This document shows positions 1 through 11,579 of a DNA stretch of 64,000 nt, in pieces. The translations under genes and the position numbers were made by a program. This DNA is from Lama guanicoe (Eukaryota), in contig MU053934.1 of NCBI GenBank assembly GCA_013239625.1, positions 10,765,003 through 10,829,002 on the forward strand. Reading direction: 5' to 3'. The notes beneath the pieces are model-generated. The model had not been told where the DNA came from, made no database searches, and worked only from the letters and a program-made list of their open reading frames with translations. The stretch's first letter is position 1; every line of letters starts with the position of its first letter.

Positions 1-2980
1 TAGTTAACAAAGGAATAGAGCCAACCACGAGATAAGTATTAATTCAAAAAGAGTAAGACGTATTGTTAAGGGAAAAGAAAGCAGTCATAGAAAGGGTGCA
101 GTATGGTCCCACTGATGTTGGAGCACCCACCCACGCGCAGGAGGAAGAGAGCGTTAAGGTCCGCAGCGAATGACCCGCCTCCGTGGCTTCTGGGCAGACG
201 GGCACGCGGCAGGGAGCGCATGAGCTGAAGCAGACAGTTGACTTTTCCCCCATGTATTTCTAGAATCTCTTCCAAATGAAAATGCATCAACGTGTTAAAT
301 ATATAATAAATAATGAGAGGGAGGAATTAGGCAAATGGTCTACCTCCTTTACTTCTGTTTAGAGTTTAGAAGTCCTTGGAATCAGATCAATTTTACAAGC
401 GATCAATGAAGAGACACTCTAGGGCCAGCGTGCTGGCAGGCAGCATGGGTTCTGGAGGCTGGCAAGACATGTCTGTGCTGCCAATTGTCCGTCCTTCCTG
501 TGAGAAAACTGTGCCCCAACTAAACACGTGAAATCCTGTAGCTAGTTATGCAGTATCCACGCTGTGGTGGACACAGTGCTGCGTGATGAGGACACCCATC
601 TGTCTTTAAAATCATGACGTGATAGAAGGAACAAGCACTTTGCCCTCAGGAGAAACTCAGATCCTGAAGTTTCTTACAGAGAAAAGTAGGGTGAGTCTCT
701 GAATCAGGCTGGTTTCGCCATTTGGGAACAAGAGCTAAGATGCCTTTACTTCATCCGCTTAGAGTCTCAGTGACCCTCAGATAAACAAATGAGACAATTT
801 GAAAATGGACGCCCTCACACAGCGGTCCCGGCCATCTCCGGTAGGACAGGGTGGAGACCCTTCAGGTGTGCAGCGGAGTGTGTGTGAAGGGAACCCCCAG
901 GGAGCAAGGTGACAGTGGCCCTGAAACAGGGCGGTTTAGAAGCTCTGCAGCCGCCGCTTCCCTGGGCTATTTTCCAACTTGTAAACTAAAATATTCTGAT
1001 TTTGACCAAAGAGATAAATCTTTGGGTCCCTGCAAGGAAGGGAGATATGAAAGTGATTCCTACAGAAATGCTGGAGACATGAAGGCCTCCACATTGAGCA
1101 GAAACCTTCCAGAAATAAACATCTGCCTGTGGACGGACAGGGCAACATGACAATCTCCAGCCGGACTCCAGGCAAAAAGATAAATTAGTACAAAGTGTCA
1201 GGTGATCACTCATAATGGTAACCATTGTGCCATCTGGATCTGGGACTTGAAATTACGCTTATTATCTGGTTAAGCGAGGCAGTCATGGTGGTCTCGGTCG
1301 GTGGCACCTAAGAAAACCCGGTAGGAACGACCTGAATTGTGTCTGAGGAAACACTCTCTCCATCAGGTCTGCCTACGTGATCTCCAGCAGGTAAGCTTCA
1401 CCGATCACAAGGTTAAGTTCAAAGTCACGAAGCGTTTACAGAAGCACCATGAGAAAGGGCATCAAAAGAGACGTCAGAGCCACGAGGCGGGAGGGGTCTG
1501 GGTCCCCGGGTCGCCACGCGGAAGGCTGCTATTTGGCCAAGGAAACAAAAAAACTTATATTTTGTTAACCCACTGAGATTTTTGGATTGTCGGCTGTAGG
1601 GCTGTGCTAGTCTGAGCAATGATGTATGTCCCTTCTTCTATTCAGGCCAATTTTCATTTTTTCGGGAGCCTAGAGTCCTTTGAAAGGAAAATGGTATTAT
1701 ATATAATACATCATATGCCTATTATTACATACAGATACTGATACGTGGGTATGTTTCTGTAGATACATAGTGTTTTATGTTCACATGTTTTACTACTGGT
1801 TATGCGTTCCAGCATACATACTTCCCATTATTTTTGCTTCAAGCAGTCAATTTTTAGAAAGTATTTAAGATAAGAGAACAAAGCACATAGCCTTTAAATT
1901 TATCTACATATATAGAGATGAATATATATACATATAAACATGTCTATATCTACACATATATAATGAATAAAGGGGTAGAGTATTTCAGAGCAAAAATACA
2001 AATTCTCAAAAAGACCAAATGCAATTCTAGACTGAAAAATACATATCTGAAATTTTAAAAGGTGAACAGGTTTAAAGCACATCAGAGATGGAAAAAGAAA
2101 GTCGCAGTGGAGTTGAAGATAGGGCAACACACATTCTCCAAAATTAGGCAGGGAGAAAATATACGGAAAGAAAAATGGACCAAAGCACGGGCGACAGATG
2201 TTACAAAGAAATCTGTCTAATACACATGAAACTGGAGCGTGAGGAGGAGCAGGAAAAAAGGAGACGGCAAAATATTCAAAGAAATACCTGCTGAATTTTG
2301 TTTCCAGTTTGATAAAAAGGCAAGTCGCCCCGCAGCCTGAGCGGCTCAGCGATGTCTAAGGGGCTGACTCTGCCACCCCGCTGAAAACGGAAGACACAGG
2401 CAAGGCCACTGACGGGGTCCGTGCCGGGGAGGCGGCCGTGGCACAGCTGTACGAATGGCTTCTCGCTGCAAACAGCTCAGCCAGGAGAAGGAGACAGCAC
2501 ATCCCCGAGGCCACGGTGGCTGGGACCTGCCGCAGCAGCGTCTGGAGAGAAGGGGGCTGCTTGGAGGAACAGCTCCAGAAACCCGCATGGACGTTCCCTT
2601 GAGACACTGGCCCAACATGGATCTGCAGGTGGGGCTCCAGGACACACGTCAAAGGAAGGCTGGAGACGGAATTGTTAGACAAAGGGAAACAAATGTTACA
2701 AGAATTAAAACAGAAGGGACCAGAATTCTTGTTATTCATAGAAAATATAGTAAGACAGATACATAATCCAAGGAATCCACAGATAAGTTATTACACTGAA
2801 CAAGAAATTGTAAGGATGAGAGCAAATTAAGAAATCAATTGCATTTTGTATGCAGAAAAGAACAACAAAATATGGCAATTATAAAAATGACAAAATAACA
2901 GGATACCAAGGAATAAATTTAGCAAAAGAAGTATATGACTTTACTGAAAAAAATTAGAGTCTTGGTTCAGGACATTTTTA

Positions 2981-4013
2981 TTTTTTATTTTTTTACATTT
3001 TTTATTGATTTATAGTCATTTTCCAATGTTGTGTCAAACTCCAGTGTAGAGCACAATTTTTCAGTCATACATGAACATATGTATATTCATTGTCACATTT
3101 TTTTCTCTGTGAGCTACCATAAGATCTTGTATATATTTCCCTGTGCTATACAGTATAATCTTGTTTATCTATTCTACTATTTTGAAATCCCAGTCTATCT
3201 CTTCCCGCCCCCCGCCGCCTTGGCAACCACAAGTTTGTATTCTATGTCTGTGAGTCTATTTCTGTTTTGTATTTGTGCTTTGTTTTTTTGTTTTTGTTTT
3301 TTAGATTCCACATATGAGCAATCTCATATGGTATTTTTCTTTCTCTCTCCGGCTTACTTCACTTAGAATGACATTCTCCAGGAGCATCCATGTTGCTGCA
3401 AATGGCGTTATGTTGTCAGTTTTTATGGCTGAGTAGTATTCCATTGTATAAATATACCACATCTGCTTTACCCAGTCATCTATTGATGGACATTTAGGCT
3501 GTTTTCATGTCTTGGCTATTGTAAATAGTGCTGCTATGAACATTGGGGTGCAGGTGTCAACCTGAAGTAAGGTTCCTTCTGGATATACTTCCAGGAGTGG
3601 GATTCCTGGGTCATACGGTAAGTCTATTCCTAGTCTTTTGAGGAATCTCCACACTGTTTTCCATAGTGGCTGCACCAAACTGCATTCCCACCAGCAGTGT
3701 AGGAGGGTTCCCCTTTCTCCACAGCCTCTCCAGCATTTGTCATTTTTGGATTTTTGAATGACGGCCATTCTGACTGGTGTGAGGTGATACCTCATTGTAG
3801 TTTTGATTTGCATTTCTCTGATAATTAGTGATATTGAGCATTTTTTCATGTGCTTTTTGATCATTTGTATGTCTTCCTTGGAGAATTGCTTGTTTAGGTT
3901 TCTGCGCATTTTTGGATTGTGTTGTTTGGTTGTTTCTTGTTAAGTTGTATGAGCTGCTTATATATTCTGGAGATCAAGCCTTTGTCGGTTTCATTTGCAA
4001 AAATTTTCTCCCA
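2981..4013 (-). mobile_element. Young 5'-truncated LINE-1 (camelid-type): ORF2 end, 3' UTR and poly(A), with target-site duplication
   Basis: T-rich tail at the left end. Identical flanks tggttcaggacattttta at 2963-2980 and 4014-4031. Encodes the ORF2 C-terminus. Confidence 0.95.
3505..3909 (-). pseudogene. L1 ORF2p C-terminal cysteine-rich domain remnant
   Basis: Translation [52 protein letters not shown]...[16 protein letters not shown] is typical L1 ORF2p. A premature TGA falls where W is normally found. Confidence 0.93.
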
Positions 4014-4707
4014 TGGTTCAGGACATTTTTAAAAAGCTGAATGAATGGAAGGAGATACAGGTGCGTGGAGAGGCAGGTTCAATATGGATCATATGTCCCT
4101 TTTCCCAGACTCGTCCCCAGAAGTGAAGGAAGCCCCGTCACAATGCTGTCAGGGCTCCTCACGGACTCTGTCCAGTTGACTCTACCTTCATGTGGAAGAG
4201 GGGACGGCTCAGAACTTCCGGGAGCGTTATGCCACAGCAGACACCATGATTTCCCGTTGCAGTGACCCCAGGGAGACCAGGTGAGCCTGGAAAATAACGG
4301 GCGGAATTTCAGATGCTAGAAGAGCGCATGGTGTCCTTAGGACTTCGTGCTGAATAACGCGTTTGTGCACGAGTCTTCAGCTGCACAAGGCACAAAGGAA
4401 AATATGAATAAATTCCAGGGCATTAAAACTCAAAATCTTTGGTTTTAAAAACACTGTAAACACAGCCGCGCCGGAAGAAGATATTTGCATTGTGTGTAAT
4501 TGACCGAAGCTCAGACTTCAGCCTGCAGGGAAACCCCACCCACAAACAAGGACACAGAACCGCAGCAGAGAGGTCAAAGGATGAGAGGAAAACGCGTCAC
4601 GGAAAAGGAAACCAGGGTTTTGAATAAACAGGCCAAAAACCCCAAGCTCACTAATAATTCAGGAAAGACCTGCTATAATCCCAGCGGGTTACAGTGTCAC
4701 ACTTGCC

Positions 4708-5077
4708 ACCTATTGTCTGAATGTCTGTGTTCCCCCAAATTCATATGCTGAGATCCTGACCCCCAAGGCGAGGGTGTCAGGGGGTGAGGTCTTTGGGGGG
4801 TGCTGAGGTCATGAGTGGGGAGCCCCTGTGGGCGGGATTTGTGCTTTTATTAAGGAGGCCCAGGGAACCCCCTTGCCCCCCACCGACCTCGTGAGGGCAG
4901 TGTGAGGCTCAGTCGGCAGGCCCGGAAAAGGGCTCCCCCAACACCTGGCCAGGCTGCCGAGGGGCTCTTGAACTTCTGGCCTCAGAGCTGCAGGAAGTTA
5001 ACTTCTGTGGTTTCTACACCATGTAGCTGGTGCTATTCTTAAAGAGCATTCTGACAGCAGCCCGAGCAGACTGAAAG
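4708..5077 (+). mobile_element. MaLR LTR (MLT1A/MST-like) inserted in the old L1
   Basis: Starts 'ctattgtctgaatgtctgtgttcccccaaattcatatgctgagatcctgaccccc', ends 'agcagcccgagcagactgaaag', as in MLT1A-type termini. Confidence 0.8.
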
Positions 5078-5404
5078 AACGCCTGTCGGGGGTCAAAAGA
5101 GTGAGGGGAGACGCACTCCGGGGGGCGGGGAGGGCGTGGCCGCTGGGGTGCGCCTGGCAGGAGGACGAGCCTGCACCTCTGCCCTGGAGCGGACTGATTG
5201 GTCTGGCCAACCTGAGATGCACGTTTCCCGCGCCCAGCCGTTTCGCTCACAGTCACGGACTCAGCCTTCAAACAAGTCATCGGGAACCCCGTGCAGGGTT
5301 GGTCCTTGCAGTTCCAACTCGTTTGATAGAAGGGAAAAATCAGACGCAGCGGAAATCCATCACGAGGAAAATGGCTAAGGACACCGCAGTCCCTTCGCAC
5401 AGGA

Positions 5405-5510
5405 AGACGCTTCACAGAGAGAGCACGTGAGCTGGAGGCTCTGCACCGGAAATGGACGCATTGTAAACTGACTGTGTTTCAGTTAGAGAAAACAGGGAAA
5501 AAAAGCTACA
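5405..5510 (+). mobile_element. Very short L1 3'-end fragment
   Basis: 'ctgcaccggaaatggacgcattgtaaactgactgtgtttcag' followed by an A-rich tail, resembling the other L1 3' ends in this window. Confidence 0.6.
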
Positions 5511-5531
5511 CAGAAAGTCAAAGGAATATTG

Positions 5532-5565
5532 AAACCAAAACCAAAACCAAAACCAAACAAAACAG
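5532..5565. repeat. (AAAACC)n simple repeat
   Basis: aaaccaaaaccaaaaccaaaaccaaacaaaac seen directly. Confidence 0.85.
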
Positions 5566-5996
5566 AAAAGAAATGAACTGGGATGATGTGTGAACGTGTC
5601 TGACCCTCACGCATGTGATGCTGGTGCAGCGAGCAGGTCGCAGACGTCCCTGTGGACAGTGGTGAAAATAGAGCACTAGAGCTCCACGTGCGGGCAGGTG
5701 GCGGATGGGGTGAAAGTGTGACGCGGGCACCAGAGTCAGCCAAGCGGTCGGGGAGGGGGCTGCCTCTTGGAGGAGGTGGGGCTCGAGTGCAGCTCCCCAG
5801 GTAGGGTGCATTTTGCCAGGTGTGGGGATGCAGCCAGCGAAGAAGCGGAATTAATTAAGGTTAATTGAAGCCCAGGCCCCTAGGTGGTGGGCTGCGGTGG
5901 GGGTGCCCTCCCCCGTATCCGAGGTCACTGCAAAACCTGCAGTGGTTTTATGTCACTGCCAACTGGGGATGGAGAGTGTGAGCACTGAGTGGTGCT

Positions 5997-6038
5997 AGGA
6001 CAGGGTCAAGGTCAGCTTTCAGGACAGGGTCAAGGTCA
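5997..6038 (+). repeat. 18-bp direct repeat, each copy containing TCAAGGTCA
   Basis: aggacagggtcaaggtca at 5997-6014 and 6021-6038. Confidence 0.9.
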
Positions 6039-6436
6039 CCTGCGCTCTCCCACGGTCTTAGCGAGGGATGCGGATTTGGCATGAGCTGCCTGGCAGCCAG
6101 AGCAGAAAGAAGATTGCTGTGTGGCTCAGTGTCTATCAGAATAAAAACACAAACCCCGAGGGGCTTGTGGGAGGCCCCGTGCTCCGGCCTGGGAGCAAGC
6201 CCTCCCCGGAGTCCTTATGCAGGAAGCGCCTGATGGCATTGTAGCACCGCAGAGCTTTTTCTCGCAATTCCCCGCATGGTAACTGTTACGACCACTCCCC
6301 ACCCCCGGTAGGTGGTGTGCCCAGGAGGCTGCTGGTAAGAGGAGGGAGGACGCGTTATTGCAAACAGGGCACCTGTTACGTAGAATATGGAAAATTCCAG
6401 GGTTTCCAGAGAGAGAGGTAAATGCTGCGGGCCAGA

Positions 6437-6905
6437 GGGCAGGTTGCAGGGCTCCCCTCAGAGGACCCCGAAGAGCCATGGCCCCCAGTGCCCACATCCC
6501 CAGATAGTGCCCTCCTGTGTCGAATCAGGGCTGTGTGACCCCTAGTTCAGAGATAACAACCGGGTCATGGGAGCCATTCCACTTGGCCCTGCATCGCAGA
6601 TCGCTCACTCCGAGGGTACCAACATTCCATGAAGATGTTCAGGGGGCCCCCAGAGATGTCCAGGTGCAGAGGAATTGAGGCCCCCAGCCAAGAGCCGGCA
6701 CCAGACGCGGCCTGGGTGGACCTTTCAGTGGCCATCAGACCTTCTGATGGCTGTGGCCTGGCCAGCACCTTGCTGCAGCCACATGGGAGACCCCAAGCAA
6801 GAGCTGCCCGGGAGTCATGGAATCTGTGAGCACGATAAACAGCAGGTCTACGTCACCAGGCGTGGGGTCACCTGTCACGTGGCTTTGAATGTCTGCAGCT
6901 GACAC
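6437..6905 (+). mobile_element. MaLR LTR (MLT1E/F-like)
   Basis: 'gaggaattgaggcccccagcc...ccttctgatggctgtggcctggccagcaccttgctgcagccacatgggagacccc...ctgtgagcacgataaac' follows the MLT1F layout. Confidence 0.7.
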
Positions 6906-8442
6906 TGAGCACAGTGCTGGGAGGTGACAGATACTCAAAAAGAAGAAAGTACTGGCGTCGTCAAATAAAGGCAGCTCCACGTTCTGACAGCTGCCCTAGA
7001 TTATCCAGGACACATCTTGCCGCAGGCTCGGTCCACACCCCCCGCGCCCTCTGGGGAGGCTCTGCCCAGCAGAAGACGCCGCCAGATGGTGGCGGACCGG
7101 CCGACACCGTCGGACCCTCGTTCTGATCCACTGCACTTGAGTCCTCGGGAGACAGAAGGCAGGCAGGGCAGCCGCAGGGCGGGAGCCAGCCTGCGTGCTC
7201 TCGGAGGCGCGGCCAGAGAGCTCGGCCCGAGCGCCAGCGACCTTGAACGCCCTTCGCAAGCTCCCCGCTCCGGAGCCCGACTGCAGCTGTTCCTCCGCCT
7301 CTGTGCCTCTTGAAGCTTATAATACAATTTAATAAAAGTCCTTCCCTGGGAATTTCTTTGTTCTTGGAGCAGCTCTTTGTTTCTCGCATCCTGAGAGAGC
7401 CCGCGTACAACCACGAGGGCCCGGGTGGAGGAAGGGCTAAGGACCTCGGACTGAGTCTTAAAGAGCGCAGTCAAGGCTGGTGCCTGCGTGGAGCGCTCCC
7501 AGCCCAGCTCCTCGGGAAGACAGGGCCCCGCGTCCCTGCTCTGCCTGCTAAGACGGCCTGGATTTCCATAAGTAAGTAGATAAACACAGCCAGCGTGCCA
7601 GAGGCAGACAGCGAAAGCAAGGCAGAACACAGCGCTCATTAACTTCCCGGCCCTCTAACAGGGCCACGGCGGGCTGAGCAACATCTCTGCCTGGATAGCT
7701 CAGCACAAAGCCCCATCTGGGCCTCAGCCACCTGGGGATTCAGATTAGGCTCCCGGCTGCTCTGGAGTCTGGCTGCCTGCTCCTCCAGGAAAACCGTATC
7801 CAGAAAGGCGCCCACGTTGTGTGCCAGGAGGTCACTCATGCGTGCCCTGCCGGAGCCGGGTTGGGCATCCTCTGTGCTCACCTCCCAGCAGGCAGCTCTG
7901 GGGCGGGGGAGGAGGCCGGGGCCAGGGAGCCGGGCTGGCCGCTGGCAGCCCTTCCCGGGTTGACCAGCACCACGGCAGCTGTATCTTTACAGCCGTAGAC
8001 AGAAGAAAGCCTCACGGACGCGGATGGATGCATGCCCTTTAGAAGGACACCCGCGAGCACGTGAACCAGCACTGAGAGGAGGGGCTCAGAGCCTGATGCA
8101 GCCCAGAGCAGCTCGAGCTCCGGAGACAGACGATGAGCACGGCTCCGACCTCGAGCAGAGGGGCGAGGCAGCCCACGCGGCCTGGAGGCCCGGTCTCCCT
8201 TTTCCTGCCTTCGCAGTTCTCACCTCGCCTGCTGCCGGAAGCCTGGGGCGTCGGCGTCAGCGCACCGGCCCCGTGCCTGCGTGGAGGTGGAGGTGTTCTC
8301 AGCTGTGGGCTGTCCGCACCTGTGGTCCTGAGCGCTCTGTCACATTCTGCGTGCAGGATTCCCCGGTGCACTGCTTGCACCTGGGTGGGTGCTCCGTGAC
8401 CCTCAGCACCAGGGACGTGGAGCTCAGGGCAGACAGTCAGAT

Positions 8443-8785
8443 ACGTCAGCCCTCGGTATCCACGGGGGATTGGTTCCCGGACCCCGACGGACACCAAAAC
8501 CCACGGATGCTCTAGTCTCTTAAAACGGCGTATAACCTGTGCACACCCTCCCGCACACTTTAACTCACCCCCAGATTACCTGTAGTGCCTAACACAATGT
8601 AAATGCTGTGTAAATAGTTGTAAATACAATGGAAATGACATGCAAATCGTTGACTGTGTGCAGCAAATCCAAGTTTTACTTTTTGGAACTTTCTGGATTT
8701 TTGAGGTGAAACTATTTTCGATCCTTCCATCCGTGGCTGCTTGAGTCTTTGGAGACAGAGCCCGAGGACGTGGAGGCCCCGCCGC
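8443..8785 (+). mobile_element. MER2-like non-autonomous Tigger (Tc1/mariner) DNA transposon
   Basis: 'ccctcggtatccacgggggattggttcccggacc...ccaaaacccacggatgctc...cctaacacaatgtaaatgctgtgtaaatagttgt' matches the MER2 consensus as I recall it. Confidence 0.85.
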
Positions 8786-9179
8786 ACACGTCACCCACCC
8801 CACCTGAGAACTCAGTTCTGCACAGGCTTATTGCGACCTGGATAGAAACGTGCACCCACACGAGGAAGCCGCAGAGGCTGGAGATCTGCAGGCCCTGCTA
8901 CCTGAGCTCACACCCACAGGGCCCAGCCTGCAGCCAAACAACCCAGGAAGTTCGGGTCTGCTTCCACTATGGTAAGAATTCTCAACTCTGTTTCCCATTG
9001 CCGGCTTGAATTAAATCCCAAATCCTCAGCCAGCCCTTCGAAGCCTTCTCTAAACTTCCCCACCTGGACTGTGCTGTAATTTCTCCTCCAGGCTCCCACA
9101 CCCTGCTGCACTGCTCCCTAACTATACCCCCTCCCCAGCTGGGGGCAGGAGAGCATGGTGGTGAGGGCATGGGCTTGGG

Positions 9180-9345
9180 GTCCAGGCAGACTGGGACTCT
9201 GATCCACAATCTGTATGAGCTTCAGTTTCCTGATCTACAAAACAGGGATAATGCTGGTCCTGATTCCTACAGTTGGTAAGAGGATTAAACGTGGTACCTG
9301 GAAAGCAACACTCGACGCCCACACGTAGCTTACACCCAGCCACTA
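9180..9345 (+). mobile_element. MIR SINE
   Basis: Core 'gcttcagtttcctgatctacaaaacagggataat...gaggattaaa'. Confidence 0.75.
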
Positions 9346-9410
9346 AGTGCCAGGTCGTTCTATGAATCCCGCAACTCTGAACACGACTGTTACTGCATTT
9401 GCTATTACTC

Positions 9411-9466
9411 TTATCATCGCTGCCATCATCATCACCATCATCATCATCATCCTCCTCCTCCTCCTC
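9411..9466. repeat. Compound (ATC)n-(CTC)n microsatellite
   Basis: catcatcatcaccatcatcatcatcatcctcctcctcctcctc seen directly. Confidence 0.9.
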
Positions 9467-10137
9467 TTTCTCGCCCTTCCTGCAGTGAATGGAATCTCTT
9501 CTCTGCTTCCAGTCCTGTCCTCTCCTCACTCCGACCCTTTCCAGTCTCTGCTAGACTCTCTGAGCTCAGACCTCGGTGCCTGTAGCACAGGGAACCTGGA
9601 CAGCTCTGACGCCACTGGATCTCAGTCCTCCCAGCTGGGAATCCTCCAAAGGAATCTCCCATGGCTGAGCCTCAGCGGTGTTTCCCGTGACAACATTCAG
9701 TTAAGTGTTACATTGTGTGGTTCTCTAAATGTCCACCTGGATTCGAATTGGCCAATAAAACCAAATAATCAACCTATAAAGGGAGAACAACTATTGTGGG
9801 AAGCAGTGAAATGGCCACGATTCAGACAGAATGCAGCCTCCAGGCAGCTGCTGGAACTGGGAAACACGAGTTCAGGTAGGGATTGTCACCCACTGTGGGA
9901 TGTCCTTTCTTTCAGGTGCCATCATGTGCACTTTAGACATAGTGACACCGAAGTGCAGAGCAATCACCACCCAGAGCACAGCAGGAGCTGGACAACAGGC
10001 TATGGGGCCCCACTGGGTGCTCTTTCCACAAAAATGGAAGCCAGTTTCAGGGCCAGAGGAGAGCAAGCCCTGCCTGTACAGCGACAAGCTCAGTGTTGCC
10101 GGTGCAGCAGGAGTCCCACAGGGCGTCCTAGCACCTG

Positions 10138-10253
10138 GCCGGGAGCACCCTGGCCCCTGGCCTGGGGGATCATGGTCCCTGGCCGCCGGGAGCACCCTGG
10201 CTCCTGGCCTGGGGGATCATGGTCCCTGGCCGCCGGGAGCACCCTGGCTCCTG
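10138..10253. repeat. 47-bp tandem repeat (minisatellite), about 2.5 copies
   Basis: gggagcaccctgg recurs at 10141, 10188 and 10235. The units differ at about one position. Confidence 0.92.
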
Positions 10254-10269
10254 TGTCCAGGACTCTCAC

Positions 10270-11579
10270 TGTGACCTGGAGAGCTTGGGGGAACAGGGCA
10301 TCTGCAGTAAAGTTGAGGAGGCTGCACCCGGGGACAGGGCACTGCGCTGCAGGAGGCCGCGCAGCAGTGAGCCAGGGCTGGGATGGGCTGTACGGGGCTT
10401 CTGCCTTCCGCCCCAGGGCCAGTGCTCCTGCCGGTCAAGCCCTGGACCCCTGACCCGCAGTTCTCCGTGAGCATCAGTCCCAGGGGTCACGGGTGTCACC
10501 ACGTGAAGTTTTCTGAGGAAGATGGATTTCCAGAAGGCGTAGAGAGCTGAGCTGTCGGCCAGTCTAGGGTTTCTCAAGCCTGAAGAGCCTCGTGAAGGAC
10601 CCAGCTGCGGTGGCTCGGAGGTGCTGCGCTGCACAGGATGCCCCCAGGTCTGACCAGCCTGCCCCGTCTCCCTCCACTCAGGGCCTAATCTCTGCACACA
10701 GAGGCTCTCGGATCCAGAGGACCCTCGAATGCCATCCTTGGTAATCGACTCCCCCCGCAGCCATGCTCCCCCAGCCCCTCGGCCGTCCTGCTGGCCCAGC
10801 ACGGACCCCCTTCTTCCTCCTGCTTGAGCTGTCTGGCAGGGTCCCCCACCTCAGGGTCTCAGGTGCTTCACGCAGGCTCTACCCATCCAGTCTGCTGGCA
10901 GCTGGGCCATCCCAAGGGCTCCCTTCACCACCTGGAGGGGCTGCCTCCCGGGGAAGGAGGGAAGACCCCGGGTGAGTGTGCTGTGGGGCTGGTCTGGTCG
11001 GAGACTCGGGATGGGGTCCGAGGCTGACCCAGCAGCATTGTTACTAAGCAGTGTCTTCATGAAGATGCTCTTACATACAGGGCGTCTGCTCACGTCCCGG
11101 TGGGGCTGCCTCCTGCCCAGCCTGGGGTTCCCTTCCCGCCACCGACCTGAGGCTGAAACCACAGTGTGGTTTCTGGGATCAGCGCCTCTAGTGGGGCCCT
11201 GGTCCCCTATCACCCACTTCCAGGGCACAGGCCTCCCTGCTGTTTGATATTCTCTGCCAGATCGCAGAGGTAGCTCAGACCTTGTGCTTCCAGACAGAAA
11301 AGGCGCAGGGGGAGTAGCTGGACAGACTGGACAGAAGCCCCAACTGTGGGCTCTTCACGGATGTGGTGTTGCTGGCTCACATGACAGCGTCCAGCACGGG
11401 TGAGACCCCTGCAGCCGGGCAGCGACGCGGGTACCGGAAGGAAGACTCCTTCTGTGAATCACCCACCCCTGAATCTTCGGCTCCATCTACTCCCTTGACG
11501 CCTCTGGCCACCTCTCCCCCCAGATGGAGGGTGAGATGAGACTCCACGACGGACAGCAGGCTGTCCTGGCTGATTCCTT
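10270..11579 (-). pseudogene. Possible decayed large coding exon (unidentified)
   Basis: No recognisable repeats. Acceptor-like ctcctcccag| at 11580 and donor-like |gtgag at 10269. The long frames join with about 2 stops and 1 frameshift. No homolog recognised. Confidence 0.2.

Larger units (their letters stand above)
1860..5390 (+). mobile_element. Ancient, highly degraded LINE-1 (L1M-type) ORF1/ORF2 fragments, interrupted by a young L1 (2981-4013) and an MLT1 LTR
   Basis: A-rich plus strand with ORF2-like stretches, e.g. 'ggataccaaggaataaatttagcaaaagaagtatatgac' (~2900-2940), resuming after the insertion as 'aaaaagctgaatgaatggaaggagatac'. Boundaries approximate. Confidence 0.65.

Noticed and set aside
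9747..9915. ATTGGCCAAT palindrome plus TATAAA (9775) and nearby donor/acceptor
   Set aside because: CCAAT-TATA spacing is only ~20 bp and the implied intron (9876-9915) is 40 nt, too short for a mammalian intron.
10138..10253. CRISPR-like regularly spaced repeats
   Set aside because: The units are head-to-tail with no unique spacers, there are no cas genes, and the DNA is mammalian.
9347..10453. 368-aa ORF with an apparent N-terminal transmembrane or signal segment
   Set aside because: The poly-Ile/Leu stretch is the translation of an (ATC)n(CTC)n microsatellite and the repeated peptide comes from the 47-bp minisatellite. It starts at GTG and has no recognisable domain.
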